A DNA stretch of 64,000 bases from contig JBLWGC010000104.1 of the NCBI GenBank assembly GCA_048772705.1, positions 1,205,394 to 1,269,393 on the forward strand, given 5' to 3'. Source of the stretch: Leidyana gryllorum EB-2025a. Lineage: Eukaryota; Protista; Apicomplexa. The translations under genes and the position numbers were made by a program. Positions 38,143 through 50,541 of the stretch are shown one piece after another; position 1 is the first letter of the stretch; each line of letters begins with the position of its first letter. The notes under the pieces are model-generated. The model saw nothing but the letters and a program-made list of their open reading frames with translations. It was not told the origin of the DNA and searched no databases.

Positions 38143-38974
38143 ATGTTTGGTTGTCGGGTATGTGCTAACACTCCTTTCGGAGCCCTTTTTGGTATCCAAG
38201 CTGACGATGACTTCTCGTCACCGGGCTCAATAACCCCCATTAGCTCATCAGGTCGGTCAAAGCCGGTCAATCTACTGGATTCTTACCCCATTTGCCCACA
38301 GTGTCGAACTCTGCCCGGGAGACAAACAGAGAACGGCTCAACACATCCCGTTACTCGCCTCGCACGCAGAAAGAAGCTCAGGTACGGGCGAGACAATGGA
38401 GAGAGAAGGCTAACATGGCCAATGCCGAGGGTTTCTGGCCGGACAATCCCGTTGGGGAGATGGACAAACTGTTGGGTAAGACGAAAAATACAGATCTGCG
38501 CGCGCTCGCTGAACTCTAATGCGCGTCGTCACAAAGCGATAGTATCCGACGACGTCCATCGTGGCACGTGCGAGCTGTGTGTTTCCTGCCGTCTCCTCCA
38601 TCAATCTTTCGCAGAACACGTGGCAATGAACATCGACAAGCGGGACGACTTTTTGAGGTGAGGATTCTAATCGAGTCGCTCCTTATCAGACCCCCCTCGC
38701 AGTGATGATACCTGTGTCATATGGCATGGGAGAGCGGACCCATGGCCCTCAATGCCTCTGAGGGAGATGAGTGCCGACGTTCAAGACTTCTTCGTTACTC
38801 GAATCCTGGCCTTCTTCTTCCTGGGTGAGTGAGGTTCCTTTCTCCAAGACGAACACTCTCGTCGTAGCCCCTGAGACTCTACAAGAGATCGCGCGAGACA
38901 TTGCGCAAGACGACCCGCTTCCTATGAGCTGCAAGAATAAGAAGTGCATCAACGTCCGTCACATCGGAATCTGA
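38143..38974 (+). CDS. HNH/His-Me finger homing-endonuclease-like protein, paralog A (5 exons)
   Basis: Spliced: MFGCRVCANTPFGALFGI..GFWP..TCVIWHG..VTRILAFFF..LPMSCKNKKCINVRHI. Confidence 0.7.
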
Positions 38975-39134
38975 GAGCGCGGAACACTCCCGTCAGGCTG
39001 CTACTCTACCGATGTCCAAAGTTGAAGAGGACACCGCACAAAGCGGGCACGCTGAACTCGCCTCATCGTCGCGTCGGCTTCATCTTGAAGCTGTTGGCAG
39101 TGGGGTCCGATTTGCTCTCTACGGGCCATCAATG

Positions 39135-39926
39135 TCAAGAGCCCGCATCACTTTCATCCAGATGTCTGGTCTTCGGGTCGTAGATATGTTCCATCCGAAT
39201 ACAAAGAGGATTGTGACAGTTCATTGTCACCGGCAGATCTGGAGCACTTCTGTAAGCTTCCAACATCGAGTCTGACCCAAACAAGAAGAGTAAAATACGT
39301 CGCACCGAAGTGCCCCCCTCGTTGTGTTCAGCTGACGCGCCGCCACCCTCGTCTCCAAACTTGTTACCACCTCCTTGAGGGGCAATCCACGACAATGGCT
39401 CATGAGTTTCCATGTCAAAGGGGCCGCGCCACTCGATGCAGGGCCCTTGACCATACCCAAAATGGCTCTGAACGCTGTGAAGGGAATGGGGCGTTCAATC
39501 TGCCGAATAAAATGACAACTCACGATGTCTCTAACGGGTTTGTTCGCGCGTCCGTATCCCTCAAAATGCAGTCTGAAGAGGTATCCAAGTCTTCCAAGTC
39601 CAATCGTGCCCATCACTCACACATGGTGCGATATGCCTCCTCTTGGCCTTTGGGTGCCCAGTAACCTAACACTCGAGGCTTTACATACTGAAGAGCTCGT
39701 GTGGCTAAATCCTCTATCTCTTCCTCTGTGCGGGTCTGCGGTTCAAGTGGATCATAGCCTGGGTCGAATTCGGAGGCTTGATGCACTGTGATGTAGTGGA
39801 GAGCACAAAAAATGTCATGAGCTCACTGGAGTGGAGCGGGTCGTCCACATCGGCGTCTGATTCATCTACGATTCCGAAGAGGGCGCCGAAAGGGGTGTTG
39901 GCGCAGACGCGGCAATCCAAGGGCAT
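39135..39926 (-). CDS. HNH/His-Me finger homing-endonuclease-like protein, paralog B (4 exons)
   Basis: Spliced: MPLDCRVCANTPFGALFGI..GYWA..PCIEWRG..VRRILLFLF..VTMNCHNPLCIRMEHI. Confidence 0.7.
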
Positions 39927-39955
39927 TAGGTGCAACTGTGTGTGTCCGATCAAAT

Positions 39956-41518
39956 CTACTTGGGATAGGGCAAAAAGGTCAAACCGTCCATGTAAGGCTG
40001 TAACACTCGAGGAACTCGGACTCCGTCGGGTGTCTGGTAGTGCTCCAAAAGGCAGCACATCGTTCTCTCGGTGGCACACAAGGTGCCATTCAGCATATGA
40101 ACGAAGGCTTTCTCGCGTTCCATCATCTTGGGTGTGCCATGACGGACCTGCAGTCCACGACTCTGGTAATCAGTACAGTTTGAGCAAGATACGAGCTCTC
40201 TGTATGCCGCGTAGGACGGGAACCAAGCTTCCAAATCGTGTTTCTTGGCAGCAGCATCATTCATAGCTCCCGCAACGATGCATACGACGCGATAAGGCAA
40301 CTCCAAACTTTGGTAGAACTCTTCGGAGCACTTTGTCATCTCCTCGTGGTGTTTCCATGACTCTTTCTGTGGACGGAGACACAGGATTAGTTGCGTGTCG
40401 TACGAGATACGGGAATGACATCAGAGACGTGAGCACGGGAACCGCGCAGAGATGCATTTTCCGACTGGCACACATCTTAGCTTACCGCTTCGCACAGAAC
40501 GAACTGTTCGACTTTCTCGAACTGATGGACGCGGAAGATACCTCGCATATCCTTGCCGTGGCTTCCAGCCTCCTTTCTGAAGCAAGTTGAGATACCGGCG
40601 TACTTGAGAGGCAATTCCTTGTCCAAGTAGTCACCCATGTGGAGGGCTGAGATGGGTTGCTCGGAGGTGGCAATCATGAAGAGGTCTTCACGATTCTCTT
40701 CCTCGCCAGGAGACGGTGGGGCATCACTCGGGATCTTGTACAAGGTTTCACCAAAATCTGCCAACTCTGCAGTCTGAGCCATGATCTCACGCTTCATGAA
40801 GAAGGGAGTTTGGACGTTAGTGTACCCTTTCTTGCGGAGGAAGCTCATTCCATATTGCACGAGGGCCTGGTTGAGCATGCATCCATATCCTAACAAATAA
40901 AATGCTCGATGTCCAGCGATCTTGTTGGCCTTCTCGAATTCAACGCCATTGAGTTTAGGAAGGATCTCATAGTGAGCCAGGCGGCCTGGGGTCCCATCAG
41001 TAATGAAGGATTCATCAATCTTTCCCCAGGTGCGGATCACTTCATTCTCTTCTTCGTCTTTGGTTGCTCGGACTTCCGGGGGCACCAAGTTACCAACCTT
41101 ACGCAACAAGATGTTGCGCTCTTTGTCAGCTGCCGCGACTTCTTTCTCCAACTCGGGAAGAGTCTTCTTGATGGATGTGGATTTCTCAATCAGATCCTGC
41201 GCGAGTCAGTCAAACCCAAGTCAAAGAGAGAGAAGAGAAGCCTCACTTACCTGACACTCCTCTTTAGCTTTCTTCTTTGTGGCAATCTCCTTGTTGATGG
41301 CATTCTGTTCCTTGCGGGTCTGCTCGAGCTTGAAAAGAAGGTCTCTCCATTTCTCGTCCACAGCCATAATCTTGTCCACAATGGACCCGGAACGGCATCT
41401 TCTCCTCTCCGAGGCGCGAACAACTTCGGGGTCGCCACCGGAGTGGGGTCGGAAGTGGGTGATGTCAATCTGCGGGCATCAATAGAGGAGTGTAAGGCTT
41501 CGTTCGACTCACCGGCAT
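39956..41518 (-). CDS. SARS: Seryl-tRNA synthetase (cytosolic type)
   Basis: IATSEQPI, STCFRKEAGSHGKDMRGIFRVHQFEKVEQF, ELVSCSNCTDYQSR, HMLNGTLCATERT; first coding exon is only ATGCCG. Confidence 0.96.
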
Positions 41519-42117
41519 TGACAGAGTTACAGGTTAGGGGTGAAAAGCGGCAAAAAACCTTTTCTAAAATGGTATAGTGATGGCACATTGGGGGTGTGCT
41601 TGGTTGAAACACTGTGCAAAGTGGTGTACATTGGTGAGGGGTGCGTGTGGACAATTAGTACTCCCCGCCGTCTGTGCAAAGGCAGCATGTATGCACAGCA
41701 GTTGACAGCCTCCGAGACTGCTGGGTTTCGCGGATTTAAGATGTGTTAGACAGAAGTGTGACGTCAATTGTTGAACCCAAGATGGAGGCTGCCCGTCAAC
41801 TGGGTGGTTACAAAACAAAGGTACCGGTTGGCCAGCTGAGTCTGCCATACATTGGATTTGGCTCAGAGGAGTTTGCAGAAGAGGAGAGTGACAACAACGG
41901 TCGTAGCTGGGGGGACGAGTTCGAGAGACGAGCAACTTCGCTTACGTTTGGGGTGCGACAGCTGTAGACAGGAAGTTTAAACACCACTGTTGGCATTGGG
42001 GGGGTTCTGCGGCGGTTCGGCTTAAGTGGACACACACCTCTGTCTTGACCAAAGGGGTGAGTGTCAACAGTAGTAAAGTGGTGAAAAGTAAATTCATATA
42101 CATAACTTTGTGGGGGA

Positions 42118-45100
42118 ATGGAGCAACTGGACTCCGTCGAGTTTCTTCCCAGCGATGTTCCAGTACCCATGACGAGGTCGTCTGACAACCTGGAGATCTC
42201 CGCATCTCCCCGGGAGATGGTTCCGTCTCCGAACCAGCAGCAGCAATTATTGCACCAACAAAGTGTCCGTGAGAGCAGCATGAACCTGGTTGGACCCCCA
42301 GTATCTCCATTACCGTCGTCAAGCGCCCCTACTCCCGAACCTTCACCACGACGTCAGCGGCCTCGGGGTTCTCAGTATTGGAACTTGCCAGTGTTACCGG
42401 GCAGTATCCCGTCTCCCAGGGGAGAGCCGGGCCAGAATGCGGCCGATATGGAGATGATCACGCAAGGAGTCGCCCCACAGGAAGCTGCTTCTATTATTGG
42501 AATGCAGGAAGCCAGTGCACTTCTTGCCGCTGGAGTGGAACCCTTCAGCAAACGTCCCGAGAACCCCGGAGACCCTTTTGGGGAACACAAAGAGGGAGTA
42601 TTCAGCAACTGTGCAGACTATGTGAGATATGTTGACAGAGATTGATCTATTATATCTTCTGTATCTGCAGCTCTGGCGCTTTGCGCGGTCTGGACGAACT
42701 GAAAGAGCCTTTCGATTCCTCGTCCTATGCCCGTTATTATTTTGGTACGCTTCCAGCGGTTCACCACGGGGCGGAATAGAACAAGCTGTGCGACACGTTA
42801 CTATACTGGTATTTGTTATCGGTTTCTTTACACTATCACCATATAACGCTAGCAATGCATTCATTTGGTAATTCTATTTAAAGACGACTCGAGTGTTAGA
42901 CACTGAACGCAGGTTCGCGGTGGTTCCGGCTGCTGTCCTCGGCTTCGCCGTAGCTACTTTAACATTTTGTATCGAAAGCCGAGGCCATGACTACTATGCG
43001 TATATGGGTCCAGCTTACTGGCATGTCGTGGTGATGTTTATCGGCTTTCTCTGGGCTGGCACAATGCGAGTGAGCCCGTTGAGAAAGCTTCTGGGCCCTG
43101 CCCATTTCACATTGGCTTATGCTATTATGTTCTGTACTCTCCGAGGTGCCACGGTGAGTCCGTAATCATCGATCAGCAATGGTTCGCAGTTGCTGAAGGG
43201 CGGGACAACTCTCAAAACCCCCCAGACACCAGGACTGCAACTTACCGAAGTATTGGATGAGAGCAAGAAAGACTTGCCCACCTTCATATGGATGGTATGG
43301 AGAGCGATGGCCCCGAGTCTACAATCCGCCATTGATGAGCAACGGAACACCACAGTGTGGATATCAGATCGTGTATTGGAAGATGCGAATTGGATGAGAC
43401 CACTTGTTGGCAAACCCGTTATGTACACTTTGTCTCAAGACGAATCATTCATTACCATTCACATGCCTGGCGGGTTCTATATTATACGTCTCCTCTGGTT
43501 CGGCGGCGAAGGCGCGGGATGGGCCATCGCGGCTGTTGAGATAGGCTGCATAGTAGCTCTCGCTTATTTCCTGATGACGCTGCTCCCACCTCCCAGAAAA
43601 TATATGGATCGAGTGCGCGCCGGTTCCGTACTTATCGCTGAACGCCTCAAACACGAGGCCGAGGACCTCGGAAAGCAACTGAATTTGATGAATCAATTAG
43701 GAGGAGTGCCGATCAAGAGGACTAGTACCACTGGCGGAGACGTACTCGGAGGATCCGCAGAAGACGGCGACGACTCTGATGATGACATGGCATTACGCTA
43801 CGTCAAAGAAAAACGAGCCTCTGCACGAGCCGCTAAAGGAGCCCCGGTCACCAATCCTCTCGATGAACGAGACGAGCAGATCTCGGCCAGACTTCGATCT
43901 CGTCACACACTCACTGCGGCCGCCGCTGCAATGCTGCAGCACGATATCGTTATGGCAATGCATGAGTACCTGTGGTTCTCACCTGTGGGCGTCAATTCCG
44001 GTCTGGCGCATCCCTTCGTGGTCAAGGCCATGCAGTGAGTGAAAATCCTACAACCTTCTTCGCAGACAATGTGTCGTTCTCTTCAGAAACGCCGCCACAT
44101 CGATGTTTATTGCTCGACAATACTTACTGCTCCTTGAATACACCTATCCGTCAGATAGAAAGGAGATCGATTATCTGGCCGAACTGTACATTGACGATGT
44201 CGCGATCTCTGATCTTCTGGCCATGTGGGTACAAGACTGCTCACGTCTCATGGAAGCTGTTGCTCTCGCTGTGGGGAACCGTCCGTACATACGAAAGGAC
44301 ACTGCAGGCGCGAGGCGCGTCCAGTTCAGTCGGGAGCGACTGCTCGCCGCCGCAGCCGCCGTGCGCGAATGTGACAAAATCATAAGAGCTGTCGAGGACC
44401 GTCTTGCCAGTGAAGTTAAAGCTCCAACGATCCCCGAAGTCAGCGGTTGTCGGAGAGTCGCGACCGCCATATGGATCAGCTTTTACCGCAAAGCCTTTGT
44501 CAGAGATCAACTTCGGTTGGCTGACGAGTGTGAATCATATCTCGATTCCCTCGAGAAACGGAGTTGGAGAGGTCTTCGCCGGTCCATCTGGGGCTTCCTG
44601 ATGCCTCTGAGAGTGTTTCTCAGCGGGATTGGGTATGTTCTGATCCACACCGTTCGACTGCTCAAGAATAAAAAGAGGTCGCGGAAACCCAAGCAGCCAT
44701 CACCTTTCATGCTCGCCCGAGAACTCGCCCACGGTAGACCGTACATACTGAAACCCCCTAACCGAGGCCGTATCAGACGTCACAAAGTGGTTCAGATGGC
44801 CGTTACTGGAACCACAACACATCTGAGACAGACTTCAGTTGACTCCAATGAAGCTGAGGGTCCTCCGTCGCCAAGTGGGTTGAAGGAGCTTGAGAAAATG
44901 CCCGCCGTCGATTATGGCCCGGGCACTGTCGTGACCCAAGTGAACTACGAAGGCGACGAACACCATCTGTTGCAATATCACGATCTTTGGCACGTTGTTC
45001 GGTTCGCGGGAGGCGCTACAATTCTTGTCATTGTGGGTCTATGGTTTGATGATCAGCAGGAGGTGCGCTATCATCAGACCTCACCCGGAGACAAGACAAC

Positions 45101-46590
45101 TACTGACTGGACCAATACAGTGGCTGCATGGGGCGCTGTCGCTTTCCTGGCGACCCTCTCTTTGACACTGCAAGGGACCCTAATTCGCGCTTTCGCCAAT
45201 AGTATTGGTGTCTTGGTCGGCACAGCTTGCGCTTATGTATGTCTCTTGGTGCCGTCAGAGTACTACATGTTCCATGTTCTCTTTGTCGCCCTCTCTGGTG
45301 CTATATGGGTGTGGTTTGCTGCCGATCCCTATATTTCGTGGGCAATTCTCAATCCTTCACTGCGAACGACGGCCGTTGTGGCGATGATCCAAGAGGTAAC
45401 AATTGTTACCGAGGGGTTCTACGGATTTCGAGATCGAAACACACTGTGCCTTTATTGGGGTGTCTCGAGTATGGTGGCTGTGTGTTTGGCTGTTCTCATC
45501 AGTCTCTTGGTGGTGCCCAGTCGTGCGAATCGGTGCATTCGACAAAACATCGCTGATGCCTTGTTCAGCGCTTCAGAGTCATTTGCCGCCTGCGTGGAGA
45601 TCTCGTTTAGTGACGGAAGTGACAATCTGGAGAGCCGACACCACGCATTGTTATTCCGCCAGGACTGGGAGAAGTATCACGAATTCCAAAGATTCAATGG
45701 TAAATATCATCTGAGATCCTATGAGATCATCCAAGATGACGCTTTCATGGAAGTCCAGTCTCTCTGTTCACTATTCTCGCCAGAGCCAAACATGCAGATA
45801 GTCGCCAGAGGAGCTAACCGTCTCACAGAATACGCGGCTTTGTGCAAAGCTCAATTGAATGAGGTCCGTCGCTGGGCCACCAGAGATGCTCGTCCCCCTG
45901 ATCTTCACGAGATTGACCTTGAACGAAAATATAAGGATATCCTAATAGAAGTTACCGAGAGATTCATCAATACTCATGCATTGATTCAGGTGAACCACTT
46001 TCCCTTTGTGCCTTCGACTGACACCACACCGCACGTTCTTGAGCCCCTCACCCGATCTCCTGTCTTTTTCTTCTTCACAGTCTCTCACATTGCAGACGGC
46101 GGTGGACCAGGCCGGTCGGTGGCGTTGGTGGTGGCAGAAGAGCAGTATAACTGCTCTCACTCGCCAGCAATTCCTCGCCACTCTGGAGAGGCATTGCCGA
46201 TCAAGTGCGAAGCGTTTGATTCAACTGGGGGAACTGCTGGGACGTGCAGCCGTCGAGGGCGAGGAACGACTCAAAAATCACACAAATGTGCAGAGTCGCG
46301 CCTTCGCAGCTGCTGCCGCGGCAGCTGAAGGTGACGGAGTCTTGAGTTCGTCTCAGTCCGGCACTCCTGGGACCCCCTCGCCATTGTTCATGTCGGAGCC
46401 CGCGCCAGTAATTGCCCCCTTTCGAGATCGCAGAGCTGTTATGTGGGCCTATGCTTTACTGCATCTCGCTGACCTGAACTATATCGGAGCCTATGTGGCC
46501 CTGTTGTTTCCGGACGGTGAGATGACTCCCACGCAAATCAGCCCGGAGACAGTCGGAGGCGGCTCGGGACCTTCAAGCTCGCCTGTCTGA
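42118..46590 (+). CDS. Multi-pass membrane protein, FUSC/ALMT (aromatic acid exporter) superfamily-like
   Basis: Two hydrophobic clusters separated by a long soluble region; AWGAVAFLATLSLTLQGTLIRAFANSIGVLVGT and ISLLVVPSRA resemble FUSC_2-type motifs; multi-exon. Confidence 0.65.
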
Positions 46591-46708
46591 CACACACACA
46601 CGTAGTTAGTTAGTAACATTGGTTGGTGTCTGCATCCAGCCCAGAGCCGAACCTCCCCCTCCCACCTTCTATGTGAAGAAGAAATTGGTGTTCATTCATT
46701 GAACGGAA

Positions 46709-48670
46709 CTATCGAGTTTCAGTGTCGCGGGCTCCACAATCGCACTCCTCCTCTAGTTGTGTTGAGACACTCCTGTCGAGTGGGAGATCTGACTCCAAGT
46801 CGATGTCGCAAACGCTTTTGGAGCGGCAGATGCTCTCCTCCATTTTGTCACTGAACTCGTCATCAGCGGAAGCTAACGGAGGGCACCAAAACCTCAGAAG
46901 GTCCACAGTCGGAATGAGAGCTAAAGCCGGCTGGCAGAGACGGGTAAGTTCCGCATGATGACTTTCAAAATCATCGGTGTCTCCTAAGCTTCTCAACGTA
47001 TCTATTCCACCACGCATTGCATCAGTGGTCGCTCTACCACAGTGCTGGTTGATTAATTCTGCAGCACTGCTATCTTCCATCATCCTCTCGATCCATTCGC
47101 AGTACCCCATCGCAAGATCTCTCGCTTTTACACTGTGTGCGGGCCGCCAACGGATTTGCTTCTCTCTGAGCGCGTCAAGTGTTGCCATTGAACTCGGCTC
47201 ATCGCCCAAAGTGATGGGGGCTTTGTAGGGGTTAGAATCAATTTGGAAAGAGAGAATCCCAGAATCGGTGAGGTTCAGAAGATGGATATGCGCCTGATAT
47301 CGACGCTGCGTCGTCCACAAAGCCCGATTTCTACGACAAGACCAATAATCGCCTTCCGTAAGCACTGGGCGGGTGCTATGATAGTCACAATAAATGGTGT
47401 GCGGCGCACACTCTATTGCGCAGGGGAGGGGAGTATTTCGTTTGACAACGACAGTGTTAGTTCCACTGTTATCACTCAGGAGTATTGGGAATCGAGTGTA
47501 AGGCGCGTCTTGCATAGAACGGATGAACGCAGCTTGCAGTGCAGCACCCCGAACGACATAGTGATCGACCCGTTTTACCAACAATGGCCGCTTCCCCTCC
47601 GTGAGGTACTTCACCAATGAGGCTTCCACTTCGTCGTAATTGACAGCCCCGCCCATAAGTAAAAGCTCATCAACTGTCGTCCTACTCTGCCCGCTTTGGC
47701 TGAAAAGGGTCGTGAGAGAAGCCACGCAGCGTTGCAGGATGTCAGCGTTGAGGTGACGCCAGAAATGGCGCGTGATGTCGATATTGTAACTTCTGTCCTT
47801 CAGATCGATACTTTCGGTGATGCGGTCCTCAGTCAGAAGCTTCAGTTTGATTTGTTCGGAACGCCACCGGAGTGCTGCCATCGATGTTGGGTCCGCGGAG
47901 AGGTCAATGCCGTGCAATCGCTCAAAATCTTTCACACAATAGTTAACCAGAGCTGCTTCCATCAAGTGCCCTCCCAGGGCGCTGTCATTCACAGTTGCAT
48001 TCACCATAAAGTGGTCTCCCTCATCAAAGCGTAGAAGCGATGTCTCCAAAGTGCTCCCCAGATCAAAAGCGAGAATATGGTACCCCTCCTCTTCGGAGCG
48101 CTCGACTCTCTCGTTGGCTGCTGCAAACGCCATACCGACAGCTATTCGTTCACAGATGACTTGTCGAACGCGAAGCCCAGCGATATGGCCGGATACTTCG
48201 ATACTTTTGATTTGTTCAGCCGTAAAGTTGGAAGGAGCCGTGACCACTGCTTCGGACACCCGGTGGCTGAGGTGACGCTCAGCAGCCCCCTTCAGCTTCC
48301 CAAAGATGATAGCCACTATCTCCTCGGGCCTGTAGAACTCAACATTACTCCCAGTTCCGACTTGCAGCAGTGATGTATTATCCGCACCGCGGCACAGATC
48401 AACGGATTTCATCGTCTTGTGATCCGGGTGGCCAATGAGCTCGTCATATTTGTAGCCGAGTAGGTGTCTGACATTGTAGACTGTGTTCGGTCCACTGGAA
48501 GCCATCATAGCCTCCGCCGCCCTTCCAACTATCGGACCCGTCTCTGTGAAGCAAACCACATTAGGTAATCTCAACTCTCCATCGACTGGGATTACTGTCA
48601 CCACACCCTCATTACATACCGCCACCGATGAGTATTTGGTGCCGAGATCTATTCCAACGATAGGATTCAT
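46709..48670 (-). CDS. Divergent Hsp70-like protein, array copy 1 (retains lid-like helices)
   Basis: GIDLGTKYS, PEEIVA, AVVTAPSNF, IAGLRVRQVICE, AFDLG, LGG, KRNTPLP; intronless. Confidence 0.88.
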   Translation of the reverse strand: MNPIVGIDLGTKYSSVAVCNEGVVTVIPVDGELRLPNVVCFTETGPIVGRAAEAMMASSGPNTVYNVRHLLGYKYDELIGHPDHKTMKSVDLCRGADNTSLLQVGTGSNVEFYRPEEIVAIIFGKLKGAAERHLSHRVSEAVVTAPSNFTAEQIKSIEVSGHIAGLRVRQVICERIAVGMAFAAANERVERSEEEGYHILAFDLGSTLETSLLRFDEGDHFMVNATVNDSALGGHLMEAALVNYCVKDFERLHGIDLSADPTSMAALRWRSEQIKLKLLTEDRITESIDLKDRSYNIDITRHFWRHLNADILQRCVASLTTLFSQSGQSRTTVDELLLMGGAVNYDEVEASLVKYLTEGKRPLLVKRVDHYVVRGAALQAAFIRSMQDAPYTRFPILLSDNSGTNTVVVKRNTPLPCAIECAPHTIYCDYHSTRPVLTEGDYWSCRRNRALWTTQRRYQAHIHLLNLTDSGILSFQIDSNPYKAPITLGDEPSSMATLDALREKQIRWRPAHSVKARDLAMGYCEWIERMMEDSSAAELINQHCGRATTDAMRGGIDTLRSLGDTDDFESHHAELTRLCQPALALIPTVDLLRFWCPPLASADDEFSDKMEESICRSKSVCDIDLESDLPLDRSVSTQLEEECDCGARDTETR

Positions 48671-48820
48671 CGACGGGAACACAAGTGCGACAGAAAGCGG
48701 CAGTGTTTTTTACCCACCAAATGGCAGCGAAGTCGAAGAATGTCGACTTTTATGTGGCACCGCGGATTCTCATTGCTTCTTGTGATGGGTTCACACACTT
48801 TTCGGGAGATTAATGATCGC

Positions 48821-50473
48821 TCACTGTTCGTAAAAGCTTCTTTCATCGCTCAAATGCTGCAGTATACATTCGCGATGCAAAGCACCACACCCATTGCATC
48901 TCGTATCTCGCCTCGCACTGACGTTCCCCAGCAGATTCCTGTATCTGTCTTTGGGAACATCCGCACATTCTATCTGCAGCTGCCTGAGTTGACTGGCCCA
49001 TGGGCTGCAAACAGTGGCACCGGGTACAGTGCAACCAGTTGGGACCTCCAAAAGCCCATTTTCGTCGATTTGAATGCCCAACTCGATATTAATGCCCTCC
49101 GCAGGGAAGTTCTCAAAGTTGATAACGAGCAGTGGCTTGTTGCTTCCGCTTCTGCCTCTGTCAACCAATGCTTCCACAAACTTGACTTCCCAATCCAATT
49201 CGCACATCTCGTACGCCGAAATAGTCACCGTGGTCGAGAAGGGTAAAGGACTATTGCGGGGAATCACTATCTCCAGCCCTCCGAAAGATAACTCCCATCC
49301 GAAGGGCTGTAATGTGTGGGGTACTCCTTCCAAGTCCCCCAGAATTCGACCCAGAATTGCCGCACCGTACACCACAGATCTGGCAGCATCGAGGGAGTCA
49401 CACACTCCGACCCCGTCAACTCCGAAGTTCTCCATGAGGGTTTCACGTACGTCCAGGATTCGACCCCCACCACCGAGAACAAACACTCCGTCAAGGTCTT
49501 CGGCGTCCAGACCGCCCGATTCGAGGACTTCTGTGATCACTTTGGCGCATTGGCTGAGGCATTTCTGGTTCAACTCGTGAAAAGAGTCGAGTGAGATATC
49601 CACTCCGAGCCGAATGTGGCCGGCCTCGTAGCGAATTGAGGCTGTTTGCGATGTGGACAATTCTGCTTTGGCCTTTTCACACAAAGGGTGAAGCAATAAA
49701 CGCGCTCGGTCAAGCCCAAACGACTCAGTTGTGTCATCATTTTCCAGCTGTGTTAGACAGTGAGTGACCAGAGACTCTGTCAGAACGTCGCCGAAATCCA
49801 CTGCGTGACTGCTGCTGGTTGGATGACGCAGGAAGTCTGTGGGAGACTTGCGGAGAAGCCAACCCTTTAGCTGGATGCCGAAATCCAGAAACAATGCAAA
49901 TTGGCTGGGTTCATTTGGCTTCAAGTACTTGAGATAAGAGTATCCACACGCGTCGGGCTCCGGGATGACTCTGCGCACAGCGAGTCCCGCTATACTGCCA
50001 CCCGCGATAATGGCTCGGACTCCGGCCGGGAGGAAGTCCAGTGGAGTTGTGACCACTGCCTCGGAAACGGGGCATCCCAAATGATCTTCAGCGGCTCTTT
50101 TGATTGTCCCCAGCAACAGCGCGACGAGTTCCCCAGGACGAAAGCACTGTAATTTGCCTTTCCACTTCAGAGTAAAGAGGGGTGTATTGTCGGAACCTTG
50201 GACGAGTTTGATTGGTTGTCGAGTTGCGTCCCGCCATTTGATCGCGTCGTTATAATTGCGCCCAATGAGACCTCTGACATCACGAATAGTGGCTTCGGGA
50301 GGGGCATCTCGCGCAGCGGTTCCCACGAGAACGCCTTTATCGGAGAAGGCGATAGTGTTGAGCAACTTCTCCTCTCCCTCGATAGGGATGATCTCCGGCT
50401 TGTCTCCCGCGAGGAATGCTGCTGTCGAGTATCGGGTTCCAAAGTCGATGCCAATGATGGGATGGGGGGACAT
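48821..50473 (-). CDS. Divergent Hsp70-like protein, array copy 2
   Basis: GIDFGTRYS, AVVTTP, IAGLAVRRVIPEP, CEKAKAELS, VLGGGG, IPRNSPLP. Confidence 0.88.
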   Translation of the reverse strand: MSPHPIIGIDFGTRYSTAAFLAGDKPEIIPIEGEEKLLNTIAFSDKGVLVGTAARDAPPEATIRDVRGLIGRNYNDAIKWRDATRQPIKLVQGSDNTPLFTLKWKGKLQCFRPGELVALLLGTIKRAAEDHLGCPVSEAVVTTPLDFLPAGVRAIIAGGSIAGLAVRRVIPEPDACGYSYLKYLKPNEPSQFALFLDFGIQLKGWLLRKSPTDFLRHPTSSSHAVDFGDVLTESLVTHCLTQLENDDTTESFGLDRARLLLHPLCEKAKAELSTSQTASIRYEAGHIRLGVDISLDSFHELNQKCLSQCAKVITEVLESGGLDAEDLDGVFVLGGGGRILDVRETLMENFGVDGVGVCDSLDAARSVVYGAAILGRILGDLEGVPHTLQPFGWELSFGGLEIVIPRNSPLPFSTTVTISAYEMCELDWEVKFVEALVDRGRSGSNKPLLVINFENFPAEGINIELGIQIDENGLLEVPTGCTVPGATVCSPWASQLRQLQIECADVPKDRYRNLLGNVSARRDTRCNGCGALHRECILQHLSDERSFYEQ

Positions 50474-50541
50474 TCGGGCTGCAGGCTAACGGTCGTCTTG
50501 GGTTGTGACTATCTGACTTGCTAAAGACTTTGATCTGTTGT

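Noticed and set aside
38143-39926. Active mobile homing endonuclease or transposon
   Set aside because: The genes contain spliceosomal introns and lack the catalytic His; no group I intron, terminal repeats or target duplication were seen.
41743-41967. Small acidic ORF between SerRS and the FUSC-like gene
   Set aside because: No recognisable motif or clear gene structure; it may be UTR sequence.
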